A stretch of 63,238 bases of DNA, counting the filler, from Choristocarpus tenellus KU-1152 (lineage: Eukaryota; Protista; Phaeophyceae): assembly GCA_964200185.2 (NCBI GenBank). It is 13 parts of 13 records of this genome, joined end to end, with 100 filler letters (N's around TTAATTAATTAA, not from the genome) between each part and the next. Parts side by side here need not be neighbours in the genome. Positions count along the whole stretch, not along the records: positions 1 to 2,713 come from CAXNAD020025389.1; positions 2,814 to 7,899 come from CAXNAD020011924.1; positions 8,000 to 12,196 come from CAXNAD020015743.1; positions 12,297 to 15,310 come from CAXNAD020022928.1; 9 more parts are not named here. One strand, given 5' to 3'. Made by a program: the position numbers and the translations under genes. Below are positions 1 through 12,383 of this stretch, in pieces (position 1 is the stretch's first letter; each line of letters begins with the position of its first letter). Under the pieces are notes generated by a model. That model searched no databases. It was not told the origin of the DNA and worked only from the letters and a program-made list of their open reading frames with translations.

Positions 1-79
1 CGAAGGTGGGCTTGATTGTGGAGGATCATCCCCTAACCCTAATATACAAGACGAGGGGGGGGGGCGCCCTCAATTAGGC

Positions 80-1325
80 ACAGATAACCATCTCAGATGT
101 TGTCAGGGCATTATTATTCTCGTGCACAACGATGGGACAATGTTCACATGCAATAAGCGAGTCACCGTCGACGACATCTTTGGCCACGGGCGTGATGCAT
201 CTCCTCCCGTACTCCAAAACATGTTGGACGTTGAGTACGAAGGTGCTGCAACGGACATCCCCATGAGGGCCTTCCACTTCCTCGTTAACAGGTTCGTTAA
301 TAACGTCACACACATCCTTCTTCACAGAAGCAGCGATTTTTTTTGTATAGGTGTAGGACATCGTTAAACAATAATAGAACGAGCTGGGTGACGGTTCAGG
401 GGCGTCAATCCATCCCACGAGTGTTTGCCGAATCGGTACGTTAAGCGTCAAACTGCACCAAGAGTGTGTTGCCCTGTATCGGAACGTTACTCATACATTG
501 CAACATGATGAATCCGTGCGCAATACAATATACTCCATAGGGACAATTGACGAACTGCCCTCCTATGATAGGTACAGGAATGCTGGGGACACCGTCGTCT
601 CCTACAGCGCAGAGAGGCACAACGTGGTGGAGGCGGCCCTTGAACGGAGCAGGAGGGTGGAGGTGTTCGTGTCCAACGTGGTGTCAAAGGACGAGGTGAA
701 AGAGAAGATGGACACGTCCTTCGGCCAAGCCTACAAGGACGGCAAGTGGAAGGTAAGAAGGGTGTGCTTGCTTTTTTTCCATTGCTTTCCAACTTGTTAT
801 CTGTCTTTGGTCCCTATGGATAGGTCTCGGGCGTGCAATTGTACTAGTGATGTTTCCTTGCAGATGTTTACACGTTGCTAACAGGGTGCACGCAGTTACC
901 CACACCACCGCTGGAAATCGCGACTCCCCAAGACTTTGGTGTGATCGTCGGTACGTCGTAATGTCCTCCTTCCCCGCATGAACAAAAAAAAACGAGCTGC
1001 AGTACACCACAACATCTTCAACCAACGCCGGAATAACCCATACATATGTGACAAAACCTTATCGCATGGCTAACCCATTTCAATGCCACATTGTTGGGCT
1101 GTCACATGTACGCACATGATGTTCCAGGTATCCACGTCTCTGGTTCAAGAACGCGTGATAGGCCCTTCCTGCATGCCGGAAGCCTTGGGGCAGACTTTCG
1201 TCCCAACGGAGACGCAGCGATGTTTTGATGAGACCGTCAATCCTCAGGGAAAGGCAATGGGACGCGATGAGGCGACCATTTTCGTTGCGAAGACAGTGGC
1301 GACGGACTTCCGCCACCAGATCGAG
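80..1325 (+). pseudogene. Probable exons of an unidentified spliced gene, possibly decayed, upstream of the repeated module at 1643-2138
   Basis: GC-rich, protein-like frames (…HNDGTMFTCNKRVTVDDIFGHG…; …TIYSIGTIDELPSYDRYRNAGD…GQAYKDGKWK|gtaag at 752; …VATDFRHQIE|gtgaat) separated by AT-richer segments; no family recognised. Confidence 0.4.
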
Positions 1326-1642
1326 GTGAATGTGGTATAGAATGCGCTAAGTTACGTATTTTGTGAAGAACGAACGGCAGAGTTTAGTTACCAGCACACA
1401 GAAAAGACTATTTCTTTTAATTCGCGAGTCCTAACCTACCTAATGCAGCACCCAAATACGTCGCGTAGAAAACTATGGGCCTTACAGGAAAGTATTGCAT
1501 CGGTATTGTGTTTGACCTTTTGCCACAATAAGGTTGCCGTTTTTACTCCACCTTCTTCAGACGATATTACCTCCAAATCACGAACATTCATGAATCGCCG
1601 TACTCTGCCCCCCCCCCCCCCCCCCCCCCAACACCCCTCTAC

Positions 1643-2426
1643 CCAACCTCACCGCCGTCTTTTTCTTTCGCAATATTCAGCCGCGTGCAATCTCGTCCTC
1701 GAATCCCGCAGAAATAGCCTTGTTGTCGCTTGAAGGGAAAGACTACAAAGTCGGTGGAAATGACCTCCCTGCGTGGGGTGATTTCGAAGTGTGCAACTCT
1801 CGATCAGAGGCCTTCATTTCGATCTCTCTTGAAGACCAAGAAGAACAGTACATTCGTCTGCTTCATGTGGCCAACAACAGACAGCTCAAGCGCATGCTTT
1901 CGCCTGGAATGGAGGTGTGTGAGCCGGGCGCAGAGCTCTACTTGCGCCTGGCAGCCACTTGCCCTCTGTATTACAAGTGTTGGACCGAGAAGGCAGACGA
2001 TGCAAACATCGAATTCACGCAAACGTGCCGCAGAGAGGAAGCCGTCAACAGGTCCTCCTCCCCTTCTCCCAGGTTGGCCCTAGGGAGATGTTCGTCACGC
2101 CCATGGTCGGGAGGGTGTGCAAACCCCGGGCAAAGAATGACACCAGATCACCATTCAACGCACTCCCTGGTCTTAGGGTAGTGCATTCTCGTGGGTTCGA
2201 GGTGCTGGATTCGGACTCAGAATTGAGGCCAATAACCACTAGAAAGCGCAAGTGTCCCTCTTCCGGCACGGGTGGAAAGGGGGAAGGTCGCAACGTATGG
2301 AGGGACGCAGGTGATTCTGCCATGGAAGACGACCCGAAGTATGTCAGCAACGCGGAGGAGGACGAGGAGGAAAAAGAAGATGGGTTAGGGTATGATACAG
2401 AGAAGGACGAAAGGGATGACGAATAG
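1643..2426 (+). pseudogene. Frameshifted copy of a multicopy unidentified coding module, with an acidic tail carrying a basic RKRK motif
   Basis: 1643-2138 matches 45281-45775 (reverse complement). This copy has a 1-nt deletion near 2020 (gaattcacg-caaacg vs gaattcacgtcaaacg) splitting ORFs 1720..2181 and 1959..2426, and ATA where the other copy has ATG. Confidence 0.6.
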
Positions 2427-2713
2427 GAGTAAGAAGATAATCGGGACGGGGGGCGGAAAGGAGGGAGGGGGAGGGGGAGAGGCGGGCAGGCGCACATGTT
2501 GGCAAAGTAATGATTGACCAACGGCAAACAGAGGATACGGGAGTGTTTTTGTTGATGATGTCTCGTTCGTCCAGTACTTAGTTCAAGCAGGTTGTTTGTG
2601 TGTCTCTTGAATTCCCGGTAACATGCTTACGAGAGTCGGCGCCCATTATTGCTTCGGGTGACGTGCAGAACTTCGCGCGGTGGCAGGGGGAGGAGGGGTA
2701 CAACGAATGAGCA

Positions 2714-2813
2714 NNNNNNNNNNNNNNNNNNNNNNNNNNNNNNNNNNNNNNNNNNNNTTAATTAATTAANNNNNNNNNNNNNNNNNNNNNNNNNNNNNNN
2801 NNNNNNNNNNNNN
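2714..2813. other. Artificial contig linker (44N-TTAATTAATTAA-44N)
   Basis: Exact 100-nt layout; the 12-mer gives stops in all six frames; identical linker recurs 12 times. Confidence 0.98.
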
Positions 2814-5800
2814 GTCTCAGTGCTCTCTGTGGAGGAAGTTCCCCCCCTCTCCCACCACCCCCTGATTCATTGGATTATTCTTATGCAACCTCGTACTTGA
2901 GGCTCGGTGTCCTCTCCTTTCACCCCGCATTCTGAGTAGAGTCTAGGCGACCTGCCATCTCGTGGATTGTGGTTTGGGTTGAGTCAAATTGCCGAGAGAT
3001 TGTGTCATTGGTTGAGTTGTGCATGTCGGTTTTTGCTCCTGATTGTATGGGTTCAAAAGCAAGCATAGTTTTTGTTGTGATTGCCGAAAGCAAAGGTGAG
3101 AGGGCCTCTCACAGCAAGAGAGTACACTGTTGTGCATGGGAAAGGTCAGAGTCACCTTGTACACTATTATGGTATACCCGTAGTGTTTCGTTTTTTTTAG
3201 TGGAAACTGGTTTCCTCCGTTGATGGTGCAGTGCCTTGAGTACACTGTACCAGGTCGTAATATTCGAGTTCTGTGTGTATGATATGTTGTTGTCATGATT
3301 TCCCACGCTACATGGTCACTTATCTTTTGAGGAGTAGGTTTTTCAAGGGATTTAACCTCCATGTGTGCTGCACTTGAAGTACAGGAGGGTTCTGTGTAGT
3401 TCCGAATCTTGAACTTGAAATGGTTTCAGGGTGCAGGACTGTACCTTGACTGCACTTGTGTGAGGAACTGACACAAATCTGGTGAAGATGGTTGAATTGA
3501 TTCTGTCACTAATTTTCTGGTCTCTGCACTCAGTGGTGTATGTATCAGGGTTCCACACTGTGTTATACTGTAGCACTTGTGCTCTGTGGTATGATAGTAT
3601 TAGTAGTACAGTCAGTACAACTTAGAGTTCACCGTAACAGGATATGATAGCATAAATAGTTAGTGTGCAATATGTGACGGGTGACAAGAGGTCACAGCGG
3701 TGAAGACCTATTGTACATGCAAGTGAGAGTATTGGCTGGCTGCTGTAAGGAAGAGTTAGGATCTAGCTCACAAAGAGAACATTACAGGAAAGTTATTGTG
3801 CTTGCAATGTTGTGCAGTGTACCTGTATGGTGATATCACAAAGGATTTAGTCTCCCTTATTGATCTGTGTGAAGTGGCAAGGAGAAAATGTCAGCAGGAG
3901 TGAAGTAGAACATGTGCTCACACACTATTAATACATAGCTATACTGGTAATACCTTGTTTATCTGGTTGACATGTCGTACTTCTGGTGTGGTTCAGTTGG
4001 AAGGCGTTTTGAATTTGGGTTCACCCTTTGGCCCCCCTCCTGTCGAAAATATATAGTACTGAGGCTACTGTGGTAATTTCGTCTTGGATGTGCGATTTGA
4101 TTGATGTCGGGAACCCACCTCATACTGCTTCCTTCAAAACTCAACTCATTTGCAGGAGTGCAAGCCTTGGGTGATTGTATTAAGGCACTAGTATAGACCC
4201 ACAGGTAGCAGGTTACATGGCTGTAGAGATCAAAAGGATTGTACAATACATGTGCAGGTCATAGAGATGTGGTGGAGTGGACTGTAGGTATGATGCGGGA
4301 GATACCAACGGCGGTATAATGGGTTAACTTACACCTGAAAATTGACACTTCTCGATTATATTTCCCGTTAGTTTTAGTGTAATATCGCTACCAAAGTACT
4401 TCGAATACCTTGGTGCAGATAGTGCTAATATTGTGTGGATTCTTGGGGCAGTACTTCCAAGGGATTACTTGTTACCCAATCAGTGTCGGTGTGTCTATTT
4501 CAGACAGTTGTTGCGGAGGTTGAGACCCGCTCAGTAGGGCGTAACTGACCCAAGTGTCCATACATACATACTGGTGAGGGCGATGTTTTTCAAGCCTCTC
4601 AAAGTAACTCTGATGCCTAGGTGTAGAGCTTGAGGCAGCACGCTAGTACAGGTTTTTCTTGGTCTTGTGTCTTGTGTCTTGTTATGATTTTGTTGGTATC
4701 TTAATGGGGTTTGTTTGTCCAAACTAAATGCTTATCACTATCATTATTACTGTTATTGTTATCCTTGTTGGTTCAAGTTCGATGTGCAGCAATATTTCAA
4801 ATATAAGCCATTTCACAGTCGGCCCACTGACTAATCCGGAAAGTTCACAACTTCTGCCAGGTAAAAAACTCTGGGATCAGCAGAGCAGCACAGCACTATA
4901 CATGTACCCCAGATGGTCCTAGTCCCACACACACGTTGCCGACAGTTTTTTCATAGCTACACTGTACCACCAACATAACCCTAACCCTACTTCAGGCACC
5001 ATTGTATAGCCGATACAATAATCACGAATCCCTCTTTTTTTTTTCTTTCCATAGCGCTGTGTTGGGAGTAGATTGTACCCATCGAACATAATTGTCAGGA
5101 TACTGTAGTGTCCCTACCCATCAATGCCCTGCATGCGTGCCAGGCATTGATTGTTTTGGGATGTGACTTTTTGCTGGCTTTGAAATGAACTCCCCCCTAC
5201 TATTTCTGTGAGGAGTACAAGGGGGGTACCCGACCAACATTTTTTTATGCAGCAGTGTGAAGTAAACATTATCAATTCCGCTGCTTGTTGATCGTGTGGA
5301 ACTGTTGCAGTGTGAAGTTTCTTCCGTCCAAGAAGAGTTAAAACAGTAGAAGGCTGTCAAGGTACTTTCATGTATTTTGTGTTTTTTTCTTTTTCGGTCT
5401 GAGGGTTAGGGTTAGGGTTAGGTCTGAGGCAGCGTTGCAAGAAGGTTTGCTGTCTGAGAATCTTGGACAGTGTTCTGAATGGTCTTGAGAGACCCACGGT
5501 GAGAGACTCCACATAGCTATGTGCTTGGTTGGTAAGAGAGAACCGGAGAGGACTGGGAGTTGGTGATGGTTTCAGTGACTTTGTGTCGTTAACTAATATG
5601 TAATACATGTTGTTAGCCTTCCTATGTTTCTGTTAGGGCTTCCTCCATGCTAGGTGCCAATTAGGGAGGAGATGCGGTGGTTCAGACTTTCTATACACTT
5701 GCCATTACAACAAGGATACCTGCCGAACTGAGACGCCCTGAAGTCCCTGGTAATGGGGGAACGTAGTCTGTGCTTGGCCAACTCTGAACCTTCGGGTCAC

Positions 5801-6574
5801 TTGAGCACCCTCATTTATCTGTTTCAGGTTTTTATGGAAGGCATTGATGCTTTCTGATGGTACTATACCTCTATGTTTTTTTTTTTTCTGCTTGTGACAT
5901 ACCTCCAATGTATTTTTTTTTTATCGTGTCTGCAAACGGAAGGGCCAATGGGTTTCCATCCTGTACTTTGCTGCTGTAGTATCTCTTGCCTATCGATCAA
6001 TCTGCAATAACAATATTTATTTCTATTATTATTTACAAGTATCGCGATATGAACAGGTTTCACATTACAATGTGTCAACCTGTCCCTCTCCCTAGCTGTT
6101 GTGTGTGCAGTGATGAAGACTGTCAACCTATCCGTCTGTCTATCTGTATGTCTGTGTGTCTGTCTGCCATGCAATCATGTATATAGTGTTGTGAATATCG
6201 ACAGTTGAATCGATTCAGTTTGATCATTGATCATGGTCAAAGAGTACTCTGGGTCGTGTTCAAGAGTTACGATATCGATTGGCTTATCACACGATTCGCT
6301 CTTACGACCTCCTTGCTGCACTAGGTGCTGTTCAAACAGTCGTGTTCTCAATGTATTCTATTATCAAAAATAGTTTGAAACCGATCGATTCAAGAATCAT
6401 TTGTTGTTTCAAGTCACAACACTCAACATCTTAGTTCTTCAGCCATGAACCATGCTGAAGCTATACATTGTGATTTGTTATGGTACATCAATGGATCTCA
6501 ACTTCACAATTCCACTTCCGAAGTAGTATTGTAGTAAACATTTTCTAATAAAATGTTTTTTTTTTAAATTGCAG

Positions 6575-6707
6575 TGAAAGTGCCTCACAAGTGCTGCAGC
6601 GTGGTTTGGACTCTCTGGGTGAGGAGGAAAGGAACAAGTATGTGTTGGACTTCAAGGGGTTCGTCAGCTTTGTGCGCAGCTCTGGGTTCCAAGCCTATGC
6701 AAACTAT
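6575..6707 (+). CDS. Internal exon of an uncharacterised gene
   Basis: Poly-T…ttgcag acceptor, open frame ESASQVLQRGLDSLGEEERNKYVLDFKGFVSFVRSSGFQAYANY, gtgagc donor. Confidence 0.5.
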
Positions 6708-7899
6708 GTGAGCTCAGCCTTTTGTAAATATTTTGGTTGGATCCCATGGCTGTATTGCCTGTGTGTCTGTTTGTTTTCCTAATGTAATTCACGCATGTGG
6801 TGAGTCCAGGTACTGGACCTTGTGCACACAAGGTTCTTAAATGCTAATACTACATATTATACTCAGTACCAAGTCAGAAATGCACCTGGAAATTGATTGA
6901 GAATTGGATTCTGGTATCTCATTGTATTATAGTAGTGATATCTTGCTGGAAGGTGTGATCATTGTGGGGGGGAGATTTTGATGAGAAGGGGTAGAAGGGA
7001 GCGTTTGTGTGTTGATACTTGTGTTACGAAGATTGTCACTTTTATGTAGCTCATTGCCCTTCAGATAATCTTATTCTATGGATCTGCTCTGGAAATGTTT
7101 AGCATCTCATCTCACCTTGTCAAGATTTTTGTTCAAAATCTCCCTTTTTTGTATGTGCACTTTGCTCCTTGCCTTTGTGCTATGCTACTGCTATGTGATC
7201 CCTCACTGTTCTCTGATTCTTGTGGGCAGCGTTTTTCTTCTTTTGGAATATCTAATCTGACTTTTTTTGTGTAATCTAAAATCTAAAATATAAAAGGAGG
7301 TAATCTCTACCACGCCTTCCATGTTGATAGTGCATGTCCTTCCACTTCACTGTTAAACCCAACCAAATAGACAAGCGACTTCTTGGGTTCCCCTTGTCCC
7401 TTTGTTCTTAGTTCTCATGCAAAGATGAGGGGAGAGGGAGAATAGAACCCTGTTCTATTAGAAGGAACTATGAGGTTTCAGCTGAGAAATTGACGATCTC
7501 ACCTGAAAGAAGATGTGGGATGTGGATGGATAAAGAATCAATGTTTTGTCGGCTTCCACTCTTGGAATGCCCAGTTAGGGTATGTTCGTCAATTGGATGC
7601 GTTCATCCTGCAGCCTGTTTCAGAGTATCAATAGTGACAACTCGTTGGTGGGATTTGTCGGGTGAGATTTTGACCATCTCTTGCACTCTGTATGCTACGG
7701 GCAGTACACCAAGTACATGTACATTTTGTTTTAACTACTACTTTCGGAAATGCTAGAAGTAGTATGTGGGTACCATGTTAACAGAGTGTATGGGTCCTAT
7801 CGCCCCTTTGTTGTTGTGTCATTGGTCAAAGTATCTGGGGGGGGGGGGGGGGGGGTGGGGGGGGGGGTGGGGAGGCAACACGTGCGACCCCCGGCCCCC

Positions 7900-7999
7900 N
7901 NNNNNNNNNNNNNNNNNNNNNNNNNNNNNNNNNNNNNNNNNNNTTAATTAATTAANNNNNNNNNNNNNNNNNNNNNNNNNNNNNNNNNNNNNNNNNNNN
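7900..7999. other. Artificial contig linker
   Basis: 44N-TTAATTAATTAA-44N. Confidence 0.98.
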
Positions 8000-8039
8000 T
8001 CTCAAACCTCTTCCCCATCTACATTCACCCCTCACACAC

Positions 8040-10044
8040 CTCCATGATGTCCCCCTTAAGGTAGGCATGGGGCTCATTGGCAGCCATGAAAAACGATTCC
8101 CCTGGCCCCATCCTCAGGTAGTTGAGGAGGAGCGGCATCATGATACCAATGTCCCCTGGGTATTCATCCGATATACGCAACATCAACTCTCGCAGCTGAT
8201 ACTCTTGAGCACGAAGACGGAGAAGCAGATGCTCTTGCTTCTCATTGCGGTCACATTCAGGGCCATAAATGTCCTCCAAGTCTACCTCCTCCTCATCTGT
8301 GTGTCCCTATGTTCAAAGCAGAAAGCAACGGATGGCATATGGAAAGACGAGGTAAAAAAGAGATGAATATCATCAGAAAAATGACAAAATTTGTGTTTGT
8401 CTTGTGGGAACAATGCTGTGACCCATTCTAAGACAGAATTAAGTATCATTAATAGGGATTTTTAAATTGTACAGCTGATTAATTATATTAATTGCATATG
8501 GTGGTCCTGTATCATAGAACATGTAGGCCAACTAGGGATTTTCCGAGCTAAAAAGACAAGTGTATCTCATTGCTTTTATAGCAGAGGATATTCTACTTGA
8601 TAATTCAAGAGATACCAAATAAAAATATCTGGTGCAACAGACATTGCTAGGAGAGATTGATGTTTATCAGTAAATCTATGTTAACATGGCTTATGTTCTT
8701 CCCCAGAGAAAGGTACAAACTGCGTAAGAAACACTGCACTATCACAGCCATAATCATCACAGTCTGCCGAGGCATACTCTCTAAAACTCTGAGTGAGACA
8801 ACCGGAGCCAAAAATCTGGAACGGATATAATCTGTTAATAGAACATCATTCCATCAGCAAGGACTGGATATTAAATACATGCCTGGTTGTTATGCCCTCC
8901 CGGTCTCCGACTCTGATCCTGGGCAAGTTGACATGTCATTATCACACAGATATGATCTCTCTATCGCACATACACTATTAACCATCTCAAGTCGATAGGT
9001 TTCGGGGTGAGGGAAAGGGTTTACAAACTCACGATACTGCTGGCGCTGGCACTGTTATCGCTAGAAAATCCACTCTCGTCATCTCTTGTAGCTTTCAGTC
9101 GCTGGACTAACGCGTTGACCTGTGTTGCCACCACCTCTGGCGTCGCCGTTATGTAGCTGTGGAACAGCTCCCGGAGGGCAGCAACTTGATCCTCATATTT
9201 TGTTGGGATGTCACAAACCGCCACAACCGCCGACAGCGAAACCAACCCCCTCAGCTCAGGGAAACGGTGCAGGTTATACACGATCTCCTCCATTGGTCGG
9301 AACCCACATAGACCCTCGAAGTCAGACAGGGCCACTGCCATTTCAGGTTTGTGATTGTCATCCTTATAGAGGTCGGGTCGCGTCGCATACAGGCGCTCCG
9401 CTAACTTCTTGTCTGGATGGGCCTGGTAGGTAAGAGTCAGAGAGTGGTACAAGCGATGCATAATCAGATCATTCACCCTTGTCAAGTTGTTCGCGTGAAG
9501 TCTGGATCCACAGTGAAATGATACACAATGAACAAAGAGTCTTCTGCAAAAATATCTTTCCAGCGCTCAAGGAAATGAATGATTTGTTATTGGCGACCGA
9601 GGTAGAGTTTGGGTGCACCTGGGCGTTAAACCAAACGTAAGCCCATTGACTGAAACAGCAGCGAAAGAAGCCAGAACCTCATGCCACCAACCTCGAGACA
9701 ATTCACACCTGGATACTCAACGCCTTGTTGATAGAGAGAATTTTGAACATGAATGGAAGGTCTCCAACTTCTTCGAGGTCACCAAGGTAGTGGGGGTGGG
9801 TTTCCAGCAACTCGATGAGAAAGATCCCTTTGTGACCCTTTTCGGCATCTTCCCCCAGGTCTCCTTCCTCCGGCATAACTCGACTAGGACCGTTCGGGTG
9901 AGTTCCCATCCATAACTCAGCATACATCTGTTGCTCGTCCACCTCGAAGCCCTCGTCTTCCAGTCGTTTTAATTCCGCAACTTTGCTTTCCGACCCCCTC
10001 TTACCCCATGCATAGTTTTGAACCGCACAATTCAGCTGTCGCAT
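8040..10044 (-). CDS. MPI: Mannose-6-phosphate isomerase, type I (5' part; exons 10044-9709, 9422-9033, 8306-8040; 3' end off contig)
   Basis: Motifs QNYAWGK, YAELWMGTHP, LPFMFKILSINKALSIQ|AHPDK, YKDDNHKPEMAVAL, LCGFRP, YPGDIG, PGESFFMAANEPHAYLKGDIME; all three exons join in phase 0 with GT-AG borders. Confidence 0.96.
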
Positions 10045-10699
10045 GATAGAGAATCTCGTCACTCAGCTATGAATAGAGGAACCAACGCACAGTATATGAT
10101 AGTTCAAACTGTGGGGTAAGGTATGTCAAGATTACAGTGCGTTGGTGGCAATAGCAGACCTCCTTTGACAAGAGCGTTCGGGGGAAACACTTCCGAGAAG
10201 ATCAAGGCGATCGAGGGTTTCAGCTCTCTGAGATACAAAGACCAAGCAGATCCCCTTCTTCTCCTAGCCAAATGCTAGACATGCAACAGAGATGCCCACA
10301 CACGAAAAACCCGGTACTTCGAAGGTGCAGCAATCCGCCAAGACGGAGTCAATCAAGCAGGAGGAGGATCGTTCACATCCTAAACCCAATTCAGTGTATT
10401 TTTTGTTCTCACTCCAAATATTTCCGTATTTTGGAAATTTTGATTTCATGTGATAGAGAGAGAAAATAACGGAATCGTTCTCCCCCAAAAATTGGAAAAA
10501 CAATCCATCAATTCTGTAGTTGGTGTTATTATTAAAATTGGAAAAATGATCAATCAATTGCTTACTTTTTGTTATTATTTACTACCATCGGGCTGATCGG
10601 TGTGACATTCTTCAAAAATAATAAAAGGTGGACTTCTAACATATTACCGCAGATGTTGCTTTATACTACAAAATCAATATATATATATGTATATACATG

Positions 10700-11940
10700 G
10701 AAGACCAATGAAAACCTATAGTTTTCATTTGTTTCTCCCCTCACACCTTTGCAAAATGTCAGAGGGCATAATAATAATAAGTCATACTAGATTTGTATAG
10801 AGTATAGGTCTAAGAATCAGAATTTGTTGTTACTGCAGTATTCGTCTATACTTCGGCGATCCTGGTCTGTTGGGGTCCTACTCTATTATATTATTTTGCC
10901 CTCTATTATATTATTATGCCCCCTGACATTTTGCAAATGTGTCAGGGGGAAACCAATGAAAACTATATACATATTACCCTCTATCCTACTATTGTTGGTT
11001 GTAGATATTACCTATTACGTCGGTTCTACATAAGTCCTATTACGTCGGTTCTACATATTTCCCATTACGTCGGTTCTACATACTTATTACCTCCATATCA
11101 CAGAATTGAAGATTTCCTTGGTTTTTCCTGTGACACATCTTCAAAATGTCAAAGGTCATAATAATTAGTGTTCTTCACACTTACAATGTTTTATGTTTTA
11201 TACTGTTATTCACATTTATGACATTTTATTTCCCTAGCGCTTAAACTGACATATGTATAGTTTTCATTCGTTTCCTTGGTGTGTATAAAATTCATTATTA
11301 TGCTCTGTGACATTTTCCAGATGTCTCACAGGAACAACCAATGAAAACCATTTGAATGTATTGTCAAAGATCCAAAGACTCTAAGGTTCGACAATATATA
11401 TATATATTATTATACCCTATATTGATTTAATTTTCTATCAGGAACAAAGTCAAACCAATATTATGAGGAGGCCTGTAAAATAAATACTTATCCCAAAATA
11501 TATGAATATACAATATATAAATAAACAATATATATCCACACTTAGAATGTTTTATAGTGTTCTTATGTTTTGGATATATTATTTCTTTAGGGCTAATAAC
11601 GACATATGTATAGTTTTCATTGGTTTTCCTCCCCTGACACATCTGCGAAATGTCAGAGGGCATAATAATTAATATAATATATATATAATCCTTGACACAT
11701 CAACAAAATGTCACACAAGAAAATAATATAATATATAAGCAAATGTCACAGAGCAAAATAATACATATATATATTTGTTTGGACTATATTCTTTATAAAC
11801 CCTAAACAAGTAGAATATCTCACAAATTTGAGAAAGAAACACCAATCTATTTGATATTTCAGTACGAATGTTGTAGCATATACATTACTATCCCTCTAAC
11901 ATTTTCCAGATGTGTTAAAAAAAAACAATGAATGAAAGCT
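10700..11940. repeat. Cluster of ~55-bp motifs in alternating orientation (probable tandem or nested MITE TIRs)
   Basis: TATAGTTTTCATTGGTTTCCCCTGACACATTTGCAAAATGTCAGAGGGCATAATAA-like motif on + at ~10717, ~11115, ~11258 (partial), ~11608, ~11692 (partial) and on - at ~10908, ~11295, ~11885. Confidence 0.75.
11011..11085 (+). repeat. 25-bp tandem repeat x3
   Basis: cctattacgtcggttctacata(agt/ttt/ctt). Confidence 0.9.
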
Positions 11941-12196
11941 ATTCACATTTCAGTACTAAGCCTAAACAAGAAAAATATACCTTTTCTGACACTTTAGTCA
12001 CCACGTTTGTTCTTTTTTGGAAAGAGTTTAGACCTCCTCAACACAAGTAGGGTTTGGGGTTAGTTAGCAGTACGGTAGGTTTAGTTGGAAGTACGGTATG
12101 ATAAAAAGACTGAGATTGGTGATATTGGAAAGGAGTAGTTAAATCCAGACTACGCCAAATTGTTTCGGTGACCACGCAAGTAGCATTATCTCGGAG

Positions 12197-12296
12197 NNNN
12201 NNNNNNNNNNNNNNNNNNNNNNNNNNNNNNNNNNNNNNNNTTAATTAATTAANNNNNNNNNNNNNNNNNNNNNNNNNNNNNNNNNNNNNNNNNNNN
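12197..12296. other. Artificial contig linker
   Basis: 44N-TTAATTAATTAA-44N. Confidence 0.98.
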
Positions 12297-12347
12297 CATT
12301 ATTGTATGCTCCAGTAGAATATGTTGTTAGGCTATGTTTTGTATGCA

Positions 12348-12383
<36 letters not shown>

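Noticed and set aside
2758-2769. Recurrent palindrome TTAATTAATTAA as a biological site
   Set aside because: Always centred in 44N+44N; an assembly spacer with stops in six frames
11011-11085. Mini-CRISPR
   Set aside because: 25-bp head-to-tail repeats with no spacers
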